This document shows positions 34,271-42,134 of a stretch of 42,156 bases of DNA, piece after piece. Below the pieces are notes generated by a model. The model saw only the letters and a list, made by a program, of their open reading frames with translations. It had not been told where the DNA came from and searched no databases. Origin of the DNA: an uncultured Pseudomonadales bacterium (GTDB lineage Bacteria; Patescibacteriota; Microgenomatia; UBA1400; PJMF01); the NCBI GenBank assembly GCA_964607125.1, contig CAZSHY010000003.1, positions 1 through 42,156 on the forward strand, read 5' to 3'. Positions within the stretch are counted from its first letter, which is position 1. Every line of letters begins with the position of its first letter. The position numbers and the translations under genes are program-made.

Positions 34271-35656
34271 CTAAAGAGCGGCGTTGTTGTGAATAGTCTT
34301 GACACAATTGGGCATAGGAAGTGAAAACTGCCCACCCTCTACACTAAAGTATCCGTTCAGTTGGAGGTTGATCACCTGCTTGTTGCCGGGATTGGACGTC
34401 CAGTTCATATCTGCAGGGAATAGTTGGGAGTAAGTTCTGCTGATCGCGCCACTATTCTGTCTCAAGGTCTTGTTAGAGTTGAGAAAGATAAGCTGGTAAC
34501 TACCTGCGGGACATGGACCCTGAATACCTGGCACGTCTCCCCCAGTCGTAACACAAACTGGCTTGGGGTTGTTAGCGCTATAGACGTTGTCCGCATTGTA
34601 GGCAACATACCAGAAGTTGTTGACCAAGGTGTTGGAAACACTCGACATAGTAGTGGATTGACCAGGAGAGACATTCGAGCTGCCGACAGTGGTCCATACA
34701 CAGTAGTTGCCTCTGATAGCAGGATCTGCAGTCGGAGTCGGCACTGGGCCTGGGTTGCTGCCACCATTTCCACCGTTGCCACCTGAGCCGGAGCCACCAC
34801 TGCTGCCTCCTGAGCCAGTACTGCCAGAGCCGCTACCACTTGAAGTACTTGGTGTGTAGCAAGCGGTTTTGGTGCTGTTCATTTTTTTATTCGACGTGCA
34901 GCACTGAGCAGCAGCATATTCATACTTACTCTTTTTCAAAGCGCAAGCATGCGCATCAATTAGTTGCGAGGTTGTCTCTGCGCACTCGAGTCCGTCCTCA
35001 CAAACGGGAAGACATTTGTCACCAGCTTTAAACAAGTTCTTATCACATGCAACGCCGCAAATGACTGTTCCGTCAGGGTTTTGGCTCACGTTTGCTCCTA
35101 CTGAGCATACTTTTCCGAAACCTAAACTAGTTCCAGTTGGCTTGCCCTTGCATTCAGCAGCGGAGTTAGAGCCACATCCTGTGCCTGTAGCAGCCACAGC
35201 TTTGCAGGTAATATCTAGGCCAACTTTTTTTGTTTCAACGCAAACGCTTTGAGAATTATTGACCAAATCTCCAACTAAGTGACCGACACATGCTGGGTCG
35301 GTACCGGCTGCTAGGCCCGCGCAACTTTTCTTTGGCACATAAGGAATTGCCTTGCATTTAACATGGTCCTCGTTCAGTGGTGCTGCATAGGCGCATATTT
35401 TTGTACCATTTTCGACAATTTCTTGCTGAGCTTTGCCATCACACACCGCGTCAATATTGTTACCTGGTGAGGCTGCGCAGCGTAAACCTGCTGCTTCAGA
35501 TCTGCCATCAGTATTCACTCTTTGAGTAGCATAAACCGCAATACCCATCAGGATTAGCACCACAAAACTAAGCACGCCCATTATCATGGTTCTTAAAGAC
35601 GAGTTGTTGTTTTTTTTAGAAGACTGGTACTTTCGAGAACTGATTTTTTTCTTCAT
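34271..35656 (-). CDS. Cys-rich secreted/anchored protein A (hypothetical)
   Basis: Basic N-terminus (MKKKISSRKYQSSKK), a TM helix, and the conserved MGIAVYATQRVNTDGRSEA. There are 24 Cys by my count, a GS/GN linker, and a C-terminal beta-rich domain. An upstream ATG at 35692 is possible, but it overlaps a -10-like box and the paralog also starts MKKK. Confidence 0.8.
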   Translation of the reverse strand: MKKKISSRKYQSSKKNNNSSLRTMIMGVLSFVVLILMGIAVYATQRVNTDGRSEAAGLRCAASPGNNIDAVCDGKAQQEIVENGTKICAYAAPLNEDHVKCKAIPYVPKKSCAGLAAGTDPACVGHLVGDLVNNSQSVCVETKKVGLDITCKAVAATGTGCGSNSAAECKGKPTGTSLGFGKVCSVGANVSQNPDGTVICGVACDKNLFKAGDKCLPVCEDGLECAETTSQLIDAHACALKKSKYEYAAAQCCTSNKKMNSTKTACYTPSTSSGSGSGSTGSGGSSGGSGSGGNGGNGGSNPGPVPTPTADPAIRGNYCVWTTVGSSNVSPGQSTTMSSVSNTLVNNFWYVAYNADNVYSANNPKPVCVTTGGDVPGIQGPCPAGSYQLIFLNSNKTLRQNSGAISRTYSQLFPADMNWTSNPGNKQVINLQLNGYFSVEGGQFSLPMPNCVKTIHNNAAL

Positions 35657-35732
35657 AGCTTTTGGATTGATTAATCGTTTATTACTACTCATTAAATACT
35701 TTTTCGGTTACAGAGTCAATTATCTATACAAC

Positions 35733-35767
35733 AGGCGCCCGGCGTGGTAAACCACTGCCGAGCGCCT
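35733..35767 (-). terminator. Possible terminator hairpin downstream of Cys-rich protein B
   Basis: AGGCGC-C-CGGC ... GCCG-A-GCGCCT imperfect stem. The U-tract on the minus strand is weak (TGTTGTAT). Confidence 0.4.
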
Positions 35768-35787
35768 ACTTGTTACTATTTATACTT

Positions 35788-36801
35788 TTAGTTAGGACAG
35801 GCTAGATTGGCCAGACCTATGATTTTGCTTGTGGCTGGTTGGGTAGCCGTAGCTGCATTGACAGCATAGAGGTAGTAAGGGTGGGAAGCTCCATCCTTTA
35901 AGTTCTGGTTAGAGAACTTTGAATTTTGGAATAAGTCAGCCATCTTGACGTTGAATCTGTGCTTGCACTGAATCAAGTCGGGATTGGTTTCACACGCACC
36001 ACAGAGTGAGGGTGAGCCACCAATCGCTTGACAGACTAGCTTCATGTCGACGCGATTAGCGTTAACGGAGGACGTCGGCCAATTGGCAGGAATGATGAAA
36101 GGTCCAGCGCCTACTCCGGCGGGGCCATTGGCATAGACATGGATGGATACAACTTGGTTAAGATCCTTAGTCATGCCAGCCCAGCCCATGATGTTGGAAC
36201 AGGTAGCCACTGAGGTATCTGCAATACCAATCAAAGTTCCCTGGTCTGCAGGAGGTGTGGCTGTGCCACCGGCGTTGCCATCCTCATTAACGCATTTTAG
36301 TCCACCACCACTGACGGTAATTACTTTTTGGTTGTTCTGACAACAGTTTGCTTGCATTGCTGAGGATCCACTACTGACATGGGCGCATATGTGGCTATTG
36401 AGTGGAGCAGAACCTGCTCTACAGTCAAGCCCGTATGCGCACGCAACTAAGCAGGTGCCATTTACGTAGAAACCATCTTTTGCGCCAAGCTTGCAGGGAC
36501 GAGGCTTCAGCTTGCAAACAGAACTATTGCCGATAGCACTACAAATCGAATTAGGATTTCCTGTGGGGGAATTACCGCTATAAACGTCTGTACATGCTGG
36601 ATCTGAACCATTTATATTTCGGCATTTTGCACCACTTGCCTGCGATCGCTGATCCATATTCACCTTTTGAGTAGCATACACCGCGATACCCATCACAATC
36701 AGCAAAATAAAACCAACTAAACCTAGGAGTAAGGCATTGAACGAAAAGCCGCCTTTGCTTCTAGAGGAAATACGTGGACGAACAGGAGTTTTTTTCTTCA
36801 T
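35788..36801 (-). CDS. Cys-rich secreted/anchored protein B (paralog of A in the N-terminal half)
   Basis: MKKKTPVRPRISSRSK, a TM helix, MGIAVYATQKVNMDQRSQA, and 18 Cys by my count. The ORF-track start at 36909 would run through a terminator U-tract and a promoter-like region, so the ATG at 36801 is preferred. Confidence 0.8.
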   Translation of the reverse strand: MKKKTPVRPRISSRSKGGFSFNALLLGLVGFILLIVMGIAVYATQKVNMDQRSQASGAKCRNINGSDPACTDVYSGNSPTGNPNSICSAIGNSSVCKLKPRPCKLGAKDGFYVNGTCLVACAYGLDCRAGSAPLNSHICAHVSSGSSAMQANCCQNNQKVITVSGGGLKCVNEDGNAGGTATPPADQGTLIGIADTSVATCSNIMGWAGMTKDLNQVVSIHVYANGPAGVGAGPFIIPANWPTSSVNANRVDMKLVCQAIGGSPSLCGACETNPDLIQCKHRFNVKMADLFQNSKFSNQNLKDGASHPYYLYAVNAATATQPATSKIIGLANLACPN

Positions 36802-36907
36802 ATTTGGGACAGTTGTTACTACTAGTACTCTATAAGTTAATACCTTATTTTGGTTGTCGTCAAGCGTGAAAAGTAAAATTAGATTGTCAAGCCGGCCTAT
36901 ACCGCTC

Positions 36908-36938
36908 ACAAAAAAACCCGCTCCTCAACGTGCGGGTT
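36908..36938 (-). terminator. Strong Rho-independent terminator (bidirectional in shape)
   Basis: Stem AACCCGC / GCGGGTT with a 10-nt loop. It is followed on the minus strand by TTTTTTT and flanked on the plus strand by TTCTTTT. Confidence 0.8.
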
Positions 36939-36984
36939 CTTTTGGCTCAGAACGTAGCTCCCGGTGAGGAGAACCTTCTGAGGT
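36910..36984 (-). ncRNA. Candidate ~75-nt small RNA or leader (promoter-to-terminator unit)
   Basis: On the minus strand: TTGACA (37014-37019), a 17-nt spacer, then TATATT (36991-36996). The predicted TSS is near 36984. A 5' hairpin CUCAGAA...UUCUGAG follows, then the terminator at 36908-36938. There is no ORF. Confidence 0.3.
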
Positions 36985-37087
36985 ATATGTAATATAACAA
37001 AATATTATAAGCTTGTCAAGCGGAGCAGCGTCAACCTCTGTTACTACCCGAACTGCAAGCTAGGAAAAAAACTAGATTTGAAAAAAT

Positions 37088-37783
37088 TTATGGATTTCCA
37101 CCAGGGTTTTGGCCAACAAACTCTAGGACATTGGCATCCTTTTTGAGACTTTGGCCAAGACCACGGTCGTCGTAGCGCATCTCGGCCATCCACTGATTTA
37201 CACTGGCTGCCCAACTACCATTGCTGCTGGGTGTGTACTTGCGCATGATTAGTTCGGGAGTGGTCAGGCCGCGGTCGATGTAGTTCTTTTTGAGTTCCCT
37301 ACCCGCGCGATCAAAACCGGCTTCGTAAGAGTCAAAACCCAGTGTGCCTCGAGCGTGGATGCCAAAACCTAAGCAATTGTATGTTTCGGGCGGGATAACC
37401 TTGCACAAATTGCTTTCTTGCATGGCTATGGCTGGCAGGAGCCGAAAGTCGATTTGGTAGCGGTCGGCTATTTCTACCAGCTTCACCCCGTAGTAATCAT
37501 GTGGCTTCATGGGCGAGTCGTATCGTTTGAGGAAGTTGGCGACTATTTTGGCCCGCGCGTCAGCGGTTTCCACCAGGGCTTGAAGGTGCTGTGAATCGTC
37601 AAATTCGTCATAGCGGTAACCGTGGGCACTGGAAATGATGGCATTTTGCTCAAAGCTACTTGGTGAGATACCTTGATTAAGAGCTACTGCCCTGAGTCGG
37701 TAGTATTGGACCGCAGCAACGCCAGTCAGGACCATTCCCGCGGCCAAGAGCATCCAAGCGTACGCAAAAAAAAGCGCTTTCAT
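37088..37783 (-). CDS. Membrane-anchored lytic transglycosylase (SLT domain)
   Basis: N-terminal TM helix. LLPAIAMQESNLCK contains the SLT catalytic Glu motif. Confidence 0.8.
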   Translation of the reverse strand: MKALFFAYAWMLLAAGMVLTGVAAVQYYRLRAVALNQGISPSSFEQNAIISSAHGYRYDEFDDSQHLQALVETADARAKIVANFLKRYDSPMKPHDYYGVKLVEIADRYQIDFRLLPAIAMQESNLCKVIPPETYNCLGFGIHARGTLGFDSYEAGFDRAGRELKKNYIDRGLTTPELIMRKYTPSSNGSWAASVNQWMAEMRYDDRGLGQSLKKDANVLEFVGQNPGGNP

Positions 37784-37789
37784 GCAGCT

Positions 37790-37817
37790 AGTATATCAGG
37801 CGGTCAGTAATCGACAA
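37790..37817 (-). promoter_or_regulatory. Promoter of the SLT gene (leaderless geometry)
   Basis: On the minus strand: TTGTCG (37812-37817), a 16-nt spacer, TATACT (37790-37795), then 6 nt to the ATG at 37783. Confidence 0.55.
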
Positions 37818-37864
37818 ACCGAGTTGATTATGTTATCCTATAATATGAAAGTGAGTCACCACCT

Positions 37865-38857
37865 ATGCTGCGCACTCACATGATCCACTTCTGGTTTTTT
37901 TTGACCTTACTTTATTTGTCAGGGGCGTCGGTGTGGCAGGCAGCAGCTCAAAGTTCAGATAAACTGGGCATTCACATCCTTCATCCAGACGAACTAACTG
38001 CGGCCAATGCCCTTTTGGACGCCAACACTACAACTGAGTCGTGGCACTACGTGACTATCCCTTTTACCTACTCAGATCTGGAGAAACCGGCTGAATGGAA
38101 AATCTTCTTTTCCAAAGCTCGTCAACTCCACATAATTCCCATCATTAGACTGGCCACTAAGCATGAGGGTGACGCTTGGGTGCAACCAGACAAGAAGCAT
38201 ATTGTGGAACAGTTGGATTTTTTAAGCGCACAGACTTGGCCAACCCAGGAAAAGCGAATTATCGTCTACAACGAAGTTAATCATGCCAAAGAATGGGGCG
38301 GGCAGATTGACCCTCAGAGTTATGCTGACACTCTAGAATTTGTGAGCAGTTGGGCGCATACCCAGCCGGGCGACCCGTTTAAGGTCTTGCCGGCAGCTAT
38401 GGACTTAGCAGCTGGGAATACTCGAGATACCAAAGAAGCTTTTGCATACCTGAACGCCATGGTGGTACACAATCCGCAGATATTTGACTTTGTCGATGCA
38501 TGGAATTCCCACTCATACCCAAACCCCGGATTTGCGGCGTCTCCTCAAAGAACTGGCCAAAACTCAATTAGCGGATTTCGTCATGAGTTGGCATTTTTGG
38601 AAAAATTAAGCGACCGTGTTTGGCAGGTCTACATCACGGAAACGGGTTGGAGTGTAACTAAGTCACTGGCCAAATGGTTGCCGTCGTATTACCAGTATGC
38701 CATTGACCATGTCTGGAGTGACCCAGAGGTGGTGGCAGTCACGCCGTTTGTCTTGCGCGGAGCTCCTGGACCATTTGAAGCATTCAGTTTTTTGGACGCC
38801 GATGGCCAGCCAACCGCGCAGTATCGGGCGATGTTTGATCAGTTGTCTCCTATTTGA
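37865..38857 (+). CDS. Secreted clan GH-A glycoside hydrolase-like protein
   Basis: Signal peptide. VYNEVNHAKEW is acid/base NE-type and YITETGWS is nucleophile TE-type, spaced as in (beta/alpha)8 clan-A hydrolases. Confidence 0.7.
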   Translation: MLRTHMIHFWFFLTLLYLSGASVWQAAAQSSDKLGIHILHPDELTAANALLDANTTTESWHYVTIPFTYSDLEKPAEWKIFFSKARQLHIIPIIRLATKHEGDAWVQPDKKHIVEQLDFLSAQTWPTQEKRIIVYNEVNHAKEWGGQIDPQSYADTLEFVSSWAHTQPGDPFKVLPAAMDLAAGNTRDTKEAFAYLNAMVVHNPQIFDFVDAWNSHSYPNPGFAASPQRTGQNSISGFRHELAFLEKLSDRVWQVYITETGWSVTKSLAKWLPSYYQYAIDHVWSDPEVVAVTPFVLRGAPGPFEAFSFLDADGQPTAQYRAMFDQLSPI

Positions 38858-38882
38858 CATTCGCTACCAGCTTCTCTATAAC
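38854..38882 (+). promoter_or_regulatory. pgk promoter
   Basis: TTGACA (38854-38859), a 17-nt spacer, TATAAC (38877-38882), then 10 nt to the ATG at 38893. The -35 box overlaps the upstream stop codon. Confidence 0.65.
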
Positions 38883-38892
38883 CAGTTTCACT

Positions 38893-40179
38893 ATGAAACT
38901 GCAGACCCTCCAAGACACCTCAATTACGGGCAAAACCATACTGCTCCAGGTGGATTACAATGTGCCGCTTGAGAAGGTCAGGGGTAACTGGCAGGTGCAG
39001 GACGACACGCGGATTGTCTTAAGTATCCCCACCATCAAGTACTTGCTGGATCATCGGTGCAAGGTGGTGATTCTGACCAAGTCTGGTAGGCCGGACGGAG
39101 TGGTGGATGTGGCGCTTCGATTGACTCCGCAACATGCTCGTTTACAAGAGTTGCTTGGCCAACCAATCAAGCTACTTCAAGTCAGCACCGGATCAATTGT
39201 TAGCCAAGCTGTCTCGGAACTTGTCGCTGGTGAAGTGCTGATGTTGGAAAATGCCAGGTTTGAGCCCGGCGAGGTGAAAAACGACGCAGCCTTGGCCAAG
39301 TTTTGGGCATCTCTGGCAGATATGATCGTCAATGATGCGTTTTCCACAAGTCATCGAGCTCACGCTTCTGTATCTGGGGTAGCCGCGTTTTTGCCCATGG
39401 TGGCAGGATTACAACTGCAGCAGGAGGTAGAAACGCTCTCAAAACTAATCGAGCGTCCGCGTCGACCATTTGTGACCATTGTAGGCGGGGCCAAAATCTC
39501 AGATAAAGTGGAGGTTATTCGTAATTTAGCCAAGGTGGCCGACGTAGTCTTGGTGGGTGGGGGTGTGGCCAATAATTTTCTCAAGGCAGAAGGCATAGAT
39601 GTTCACCACTCATATCTGGAAGATGCGGCCGTAGATCAAGCCAAAAAAGGTCAGTCATTCGTGGCAGTGGCTGACGAACTACTTGAAGAGACCAAGCGGG
39701 AAAAAATGTTGCTTGATGGCTATATTCCATTGCCGAGAATTCTCTACCCCGTTGATGTGATCGCCGGAAAAAGTGTGGCCAAGCCTGGCACCCCACGGGT
39801 AGTTGATCTGACCCAAGGAGATACCACTGCCGATGAAGCCCTCCGTGGTCACGACGAATATATGTTTTTGGACATTGGTCCACGGACTCAAAAACTTTAC
39901 TCGCAAATTATTCTCGAGGCAGGCACTGTATTTTGGAATGGACCCATGGGGGTGTTTGAACAAGATGCTTTTGCAGCGGGCACGCGAGCTGTTGCCTTGG
40001 CAATGGCCAAGTCTACTGCCTTTACCGTAGTCGGCGGTGGTGACACCATTAGCGCCATTAACCAGTTCAAGGTTTTTGACAGATTTGACTATGTATCTGC
40101 CGCGGGTGGGGCATCGTTGGAGTTTCTGGCTGGAGAGCAGTTGCCCGGAATTTTACCCATGGTAATAACGCACAAATAG
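38893..40179 (+). CDS. pgk: Phosphoglycerate kinase
   Basis: MKLQTLQD...GKTILLQVDYNVPL...DDTRI...PTIKYLL; FWNGPMGVFE; GGGDT. The ORF-track start at 38854 is the TTG of the -35 box. Confidence 0.95.
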   Translation: MKLQTLQDTSITGKTILLQVDYNVPLEKVRGNWQVQDDTRIVLSIPTIKYLLDHRCKVVILTKSGRPDGVVDVALRLTPQHARLQELLGQPIKLLQVSTGSIVSQAVSELVAGEVLMLENARFEPGEVKNDAALAKFWASLADMIVNDAFSTSHRAHASVSGVAAFLPMVAGLQLQQEVETLSKLIERPRRPFVTIVGGAKISDKVEVIRNLAKVADVVLVGGGVANNFLKAEGIDVHHSYLEDAAVDQAKKGQSFVAVADELLEETKREKMLLDGYIPLPRILYPVDVIAGKSVAKPGTPRVVDLTQGDTTADEALRGHDEYMFLDIGPRTQKLYSQIILEAGTVFWNGPMGVFEQDAFAAGTRAVALAMAKSTAFTVVGGGDTISAINQFKVFDRFDYVSAAGGASLEFLAGEQLPGILPMVITHK

Positions 40180-40194
40180 TAATCAAAGGATGAC

Positions 40195-41526
40195 ATGCAA
40201 GACCAAATTGACAGCCTAGTGTGGCAGGCAGTATTCGCTGATACGGAGCAGAAAAGAGCATTGGCTCGGCTCCAGATTTGGCAGCAGGCACAGTCGGCTG
40301 GTGTCCTGGCAAGTTCGATTCACGAGCTGTATGAGGCCAGAGGCCGGGGTCAGGTGCTATCGAACTTCACGGTACCTGCAATGAACCTTCGCGGCATGAC
40401 CTATGACTTGGCTCGTTCAATCTTTGCCGCGGCAGTCAAGTTGCGCGTCGGGGCGCTCATTTTTGAATTGGCTAGATCTGAAATGCAATATACTGACCAA
40501 TCACCCGTGGTTTATACTCCGGTAATTATGGCTGCAGCTTTGAAAGAAGGCTGGACCGGACCTCTCTTTTTACAGTGTGACCACTTTCAAGCCAAGGCGG
40601 CTGAGCCGGGGGTGGCCAAAGACGGCGAGCTGGATGCGATCAAATCTTTAATCGGTGAGGCACTCGGCGCAGGCATGTATAACGTGGATATCGATATGTC
40701 GACCCTGGTAGACCTGAGCGCTCCGACCGAGTCAGAGCAACAAGTGGCCAATATTCGGCATACCTTGGAGTTAACCGAGTTTGTTCGACGACTTGAACCT
40801 GCCGGTGTGACAGTGTCCTTGGGCTGCGAAATTGGTCATATTGGCGGCAGAAACAGCACTATGGCTGACTTCGAAGCCTTTATGTCTGGGTATACGGCAG
40901 GCCTAGGTGAAGGCCTGATTGGGGTAAGTAAAATGAGTATTCAGACAGGCACGAGTCACGGCGGGGTAGTCAACGCCGATGGCAGTCTGGCAAGTGTAGC
41001 TGTTGACTTTGAGTTGCTGCGCAACGTCTCGCGAGCGGGACGCGAGCAATACGGCATGGGTGGGTCGGTGCAGCATGGAGCCTCAACTCTACCCCATGAT
41101 CTGTATCACAAATTTCCTGAGGCCGAGACTTTGGAAATTCATTTTGCCACCGGTCTGCAAAACATGATTATGGATCACCCAGCTTTCCCTGCGGAGTTGT
41201 TGTCTGAGATTTACTCCTGGATAGATACTGATATGGCGGCCGAGCGCGGCGCGGACCAAACTCTCGAGCAGTTTCACTACACTCAGCGCAAGAAAGCTTG
41301 GGGTGCGTTCAAAAAACAAACGTGGAGCATCCCTGAGGCCAATCGCGAAGAGTTAAGAAATATGCTCCATTCACACTTTGAAACTGTGTTTGGTGAACTG
41401 GGTGTGAGTGACACGATGGAGTTGGTGAGGTCAAATGTATCTGCGATGCGACAAACTAAAAATGCCTTAGATTTTACAACCAAGGCTAAGGTCAAAGCCG
41501 AGACGGTTGCAGGGTTGGCGGATTAG
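40195..41526 (+). CDS. fba: Class II fructose-bisphosphate aldolase (long form)
   Basis: PAMNLRGMTYD, LQCDH, EIGHIGG, and GTSHGG metal/substrate motifs. An AAGGA Shine-Dalgarno sits 5 nt upstream. Confidence 0.88.
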   Translation: MQDQIDSLVWQAVFADTEQKRALARLQIWQQAQSAGVLASSIHELYEARGRGQVLSNFTVPAMNLRGMTYDLARSIFAAAVKLRVGALIFELARSEMQYTDQSPVVYTPVIMAAALKEGWTGPLFLQCDHFQAKAAEPGVAKDGELDAIKSLIGEALGAGMYNVDIDMSTLVDLSAPTESEQQVANIRHTLELTEFVRRLEPAGVTVSLGCEIGHIGGRNSTMADFEAFMSGYTAGLGEGLIGVSKMSIQTGTSHGGVVNADGSLASVAVDFELLRNVSRAGREQYGMGGSVQHGASTLPHDLYHKFPEAETLEIHFATGLQNMIMDHPAFPAELLSEIYSWIDTDMAAERGADQTLEQFHYTQRKKAWGAFKKQTWSIPEANREELRNMLHSHFETVFGELGVSDTMELVRSNVSAMRQTKNALDFTTKAKVKAETVAGLAD

Positions 41527-42050
41527 TTGCCGTAATCCTTTTTTTGGGGAAACTCCTTAAGTCCAGTAATTCCTTGAAAAAGGACAATCAGCCCATAAAT
41601 TGATCCTAAAAATGCGGCAGAACTTATCAATAGTCCTAAATCTCGTGCAATCTTTTCCGCGCTTGCTTGTGCAGCCGCTATCTTTTCTTGTAGGCTTGGT
41701 TCCGCTGTCACTTGTGGATTGGTTGCGAACCTACCGTTATTTGCTGCAATGGGAAAAAATTGCTCAAACATTTTTGCGGGTGTCTCGAGCTCAGTTACAG
41801 TCACATCGCCACTAGAAGGTGGAACTTCTTTTGGAGTTACTTGGGCTACAGCTTCACCAGATGGCGTAGGTGTTGAGGCGGGTGTGAATCCGGGCGTAGA
41901 GTCTTGGACAAACGACGCCAGCTCATCTGCAAACTGACGGAGCAATTGAGCATCCTCTGGTGAAATTTCAGAACTGGCTTGCTGTGGGCTGAGCAACTCT
42001 GCCTGAATATTCTTTTTAACAAATGCTTCTGGTGATAGTGCTGGTGTCAT
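41523..42050 (-). CDS. Hypothetical tail-anchored membrane protein
   Basis: Pro/Ser/Thr-rich N-terminal half and a C-terminal TM helix (LLISSAAFLGSIYGLIVLF). A TATAAT box at 42059-42064 lies 8 nt upstream of the ATG at 42050. The ATG at 42056 is only 2 nt from that box. Confidence 0.6.
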   Translation of the reverse strand: MTPALSPEAFVKKNIQAELLSPQQASSEISPEDAQLLRQFADELASFVQDSTPGFTPASTPTPSGEAVAQVTPKEVPPSSGDVTVTELETPAKMFEQFFPIAANNGRFATNPQVTAEPSLQEKIAAAQASAEKIARDLGLLISSAAFLGSIYGLIVLFQGITGLKEFPQKKDYGN

Positions 42051-42134
42051 ACACATCCATTATACATCTCATTGTCAAACAAGATCAAAATGATGATTGT
42101 GAATCATGCGTATCGTTTTTCGGGAAAAGATTTG

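Noticed and set aside
38854-38892. Upstream ORF-track starts at 38854 (pgk), 2861 (mnmA), 36909 (Cys-rich B), 17063 (FkbM) and 30503 (YgjP)
   Set aside because: I read the codons directly. 38854, 2861 and 30503 are TTG codons lying inside -35 or -10 boxes. 36909 would run across a terminator U-tract and promoter-like sequence. 17063 overlaps the CofE-like gene out of frame. Downstream ATGs give N-termini matching the families.
39590-39860. Apparent insertions in PGK and the ~30-aa N-terminal extension of iPGM
   Set aside because: The extra residues are spread over several loops (about 10-15 aa each) rather than forming one module. This is within normal family variation and not checkable by eye.
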